48,661 bases of DNA, from assembly GCA_050253335.1 (NCBI GenBank), contig JBFWJG010000012.1:1-48661 (forward strand), given 5' to 3'. Positions 47,653 to 48,661 of the stretch are shown here, piece by piece. The notes beneath the pieces were generated by a model, which was given only the letters and a program-made list of their open reading frames with translations, did no database searches and was not told the DNA's origin. How positions within the stretch are numbered: the first letter of the stretch is position 1; each line of letters begins with the position of its first letter. A program made the translations under genes and the position numbers. The DNA comes from Deferribacterales bacterium (lineage in GTDB: Bacteria > Chrysiogenota > Deferribacteres > Deferribacterales > Geovibrionaceae).

Positions 47653-48105
47653 ATGGTCAGAGCCGCAGTTCTTATCTGCGTATTTTTCTATGCTTTAAGC
47701 GCTTCCGCGGACTACAGAGACCTTCTGCCTCTGCTGCCGGAGATACAGGGGTATTCCGCGTCTCCTGCCGAGGGCAGCACTCTGCGCCTCCCGCGGGGCA
47801 GTGTGGACACTGCGTCCAGAAGATATTCCTCCGCCTCTGCGCTTCTTATTCTTTCAATTTACTCCGGAAGCGGTGTCAAAGCCCTTGAGGAGCATGGGAT
47901 AAAGGCGGGGCGCATAACCCGCGCGGCAAAAGAGGGGACATATACTGCTTACTATACCGAAAACGGCAGAAACAAAGGGTACATCATGCTTACTTCAGAC
48001 GGTTCTCCGCTGACAGTTGTGCTTGAGTACAAGGGGATAAGCCACGCTCAGGCGGACGGAGCCGTCCGCAGTCTGAATCCGGACAGTTTTTTCAAAAAGA
48101 ATTAA
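47653..48105 (+). CDS. Secreted hypothetical protein
   Basis: Signal peptide ending ASA; 2 nt after the ComFB gene. Confidence 0.65.
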   Translation: MVRAAVLICVFFYALSASADYRDLLPLLPEIQGYSASPAEGSTLRLPRGSVDTASRRYSSASALLILSIYSGSGVKALEEHGIKAGRITRAAKEGTYTAYYTENGRNKGYIMLTSDGSPLTVVLEYKGISHAQADGAVRSLNPDSFFKKN

Positions 48106-48449
48106 ACGTTCTGGTATTTGGTGCAGATGGATTCAGGCAGTGTGGAAAGCTTGATTCTGTCTCCGCTCAGAACCACATCCTCAGCAAGCTTCTTTTCAAA
48201 AATATCAAGTATCTCAGCCGCAAACACATTGTCTTCATTAATGCTGTAAATAACCCAGCGTCCGTCCTTTTTGTCTTTGATAATCCCTGATGTTTTAAGG
48301 ATTTTCAGATGCGATGAAACAGTGGACAAGGCTATGTCCAGAACCGAGTCAATTTCGCAGACACACATAGGTCTTTCCCTGAGCATCATGGCAATGCGCA
48401 CTCTGTTTTCGTCTCCGAGCGCCTTGAAGACCTCAATCTCGCTTCTCAC
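48102..48449 (-). CDS. ArsR/SmtB-family transcriptional regulator
   Basis: FKALGDENR.RI, MCVCEI, VSSHLKILK, GRWVIYS. Confidence 0.93.
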   Translation of the reverse strand: MRSEIEVFKALGDENRVRIAMMLRERPMCVCEIDSVLDIALSTVSSHLKILKTSGIIKDKKDGRWVIYSINEDNVFAAEILDIFEKKLAEDVVLSGDRIKLSTLPESICTKYQNV

Positions 48450-48661
48450 GATAAGCCTCCGCAGAATATAAAAGCTATGTATATGAATAATAAAATATTG
48501 TTAAGATTCATGATCATTCCTTCGTCCGTAAATGTCAACGATTTTCGGAAACTATTAACAAAATTAACTATTCAAAATACAGATGGGGAAAATAACCGGT
48601 TATCTTCCGCAGTGATAACCGTAAGCTGGCTGATATTATACAGCCGTAACACTTTTGTAAA

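Overview
Core-genome stretch of a motile, probably anaerobic Gram-negative bacterium. GC is about 50% by eye, and gene content and order suggest Deferribacterota such as Geovibrio or Denitrovibrio (inference only). Order of content: a flagellar cluster (flgA, flgH-I-J, flgM-N-K-L, fliW, csrA) with sigma54 and sigma28 promoters and a very large 1400-aa FlgL; ccmD-like, def, dciA, obgE, DUF4139, rpmA-rplU; rpmH-rnpA-yidD-yidC-jag-YHS-transaldolase; zur-znuACB; rsmB, htpX, DUF116, fmt; a four-subunit 2-oxoacid:ferredoxin oxidoreductase with pta-ackA; a sensor kinase / frameshifted receiver / diguanylate cyclase trio; rseC, hisD, a second GGDEF gene, polA, ilvE, an MCP, gpsA, ComFB and ArsR. No rRNA, tRNA, CRISPR array, transposase or integrase was seen. 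The most interesting signal is non-coding: a dispersed ~95-nt three-hairpin repeat (6 copies plus a fragment, at 3 loci, each right behind a stop codon). Its stems differ in sequence but keep their pairing, and on the minus strand all 10 complete outer loops match the CsrA/RsmA site CA(N)GGANG. One copy, and one copy of a second repeat family, are flanked by 18-24 bp duplications of a gene end or terminator. Bases 1-19 are Illumina adapter sequence.
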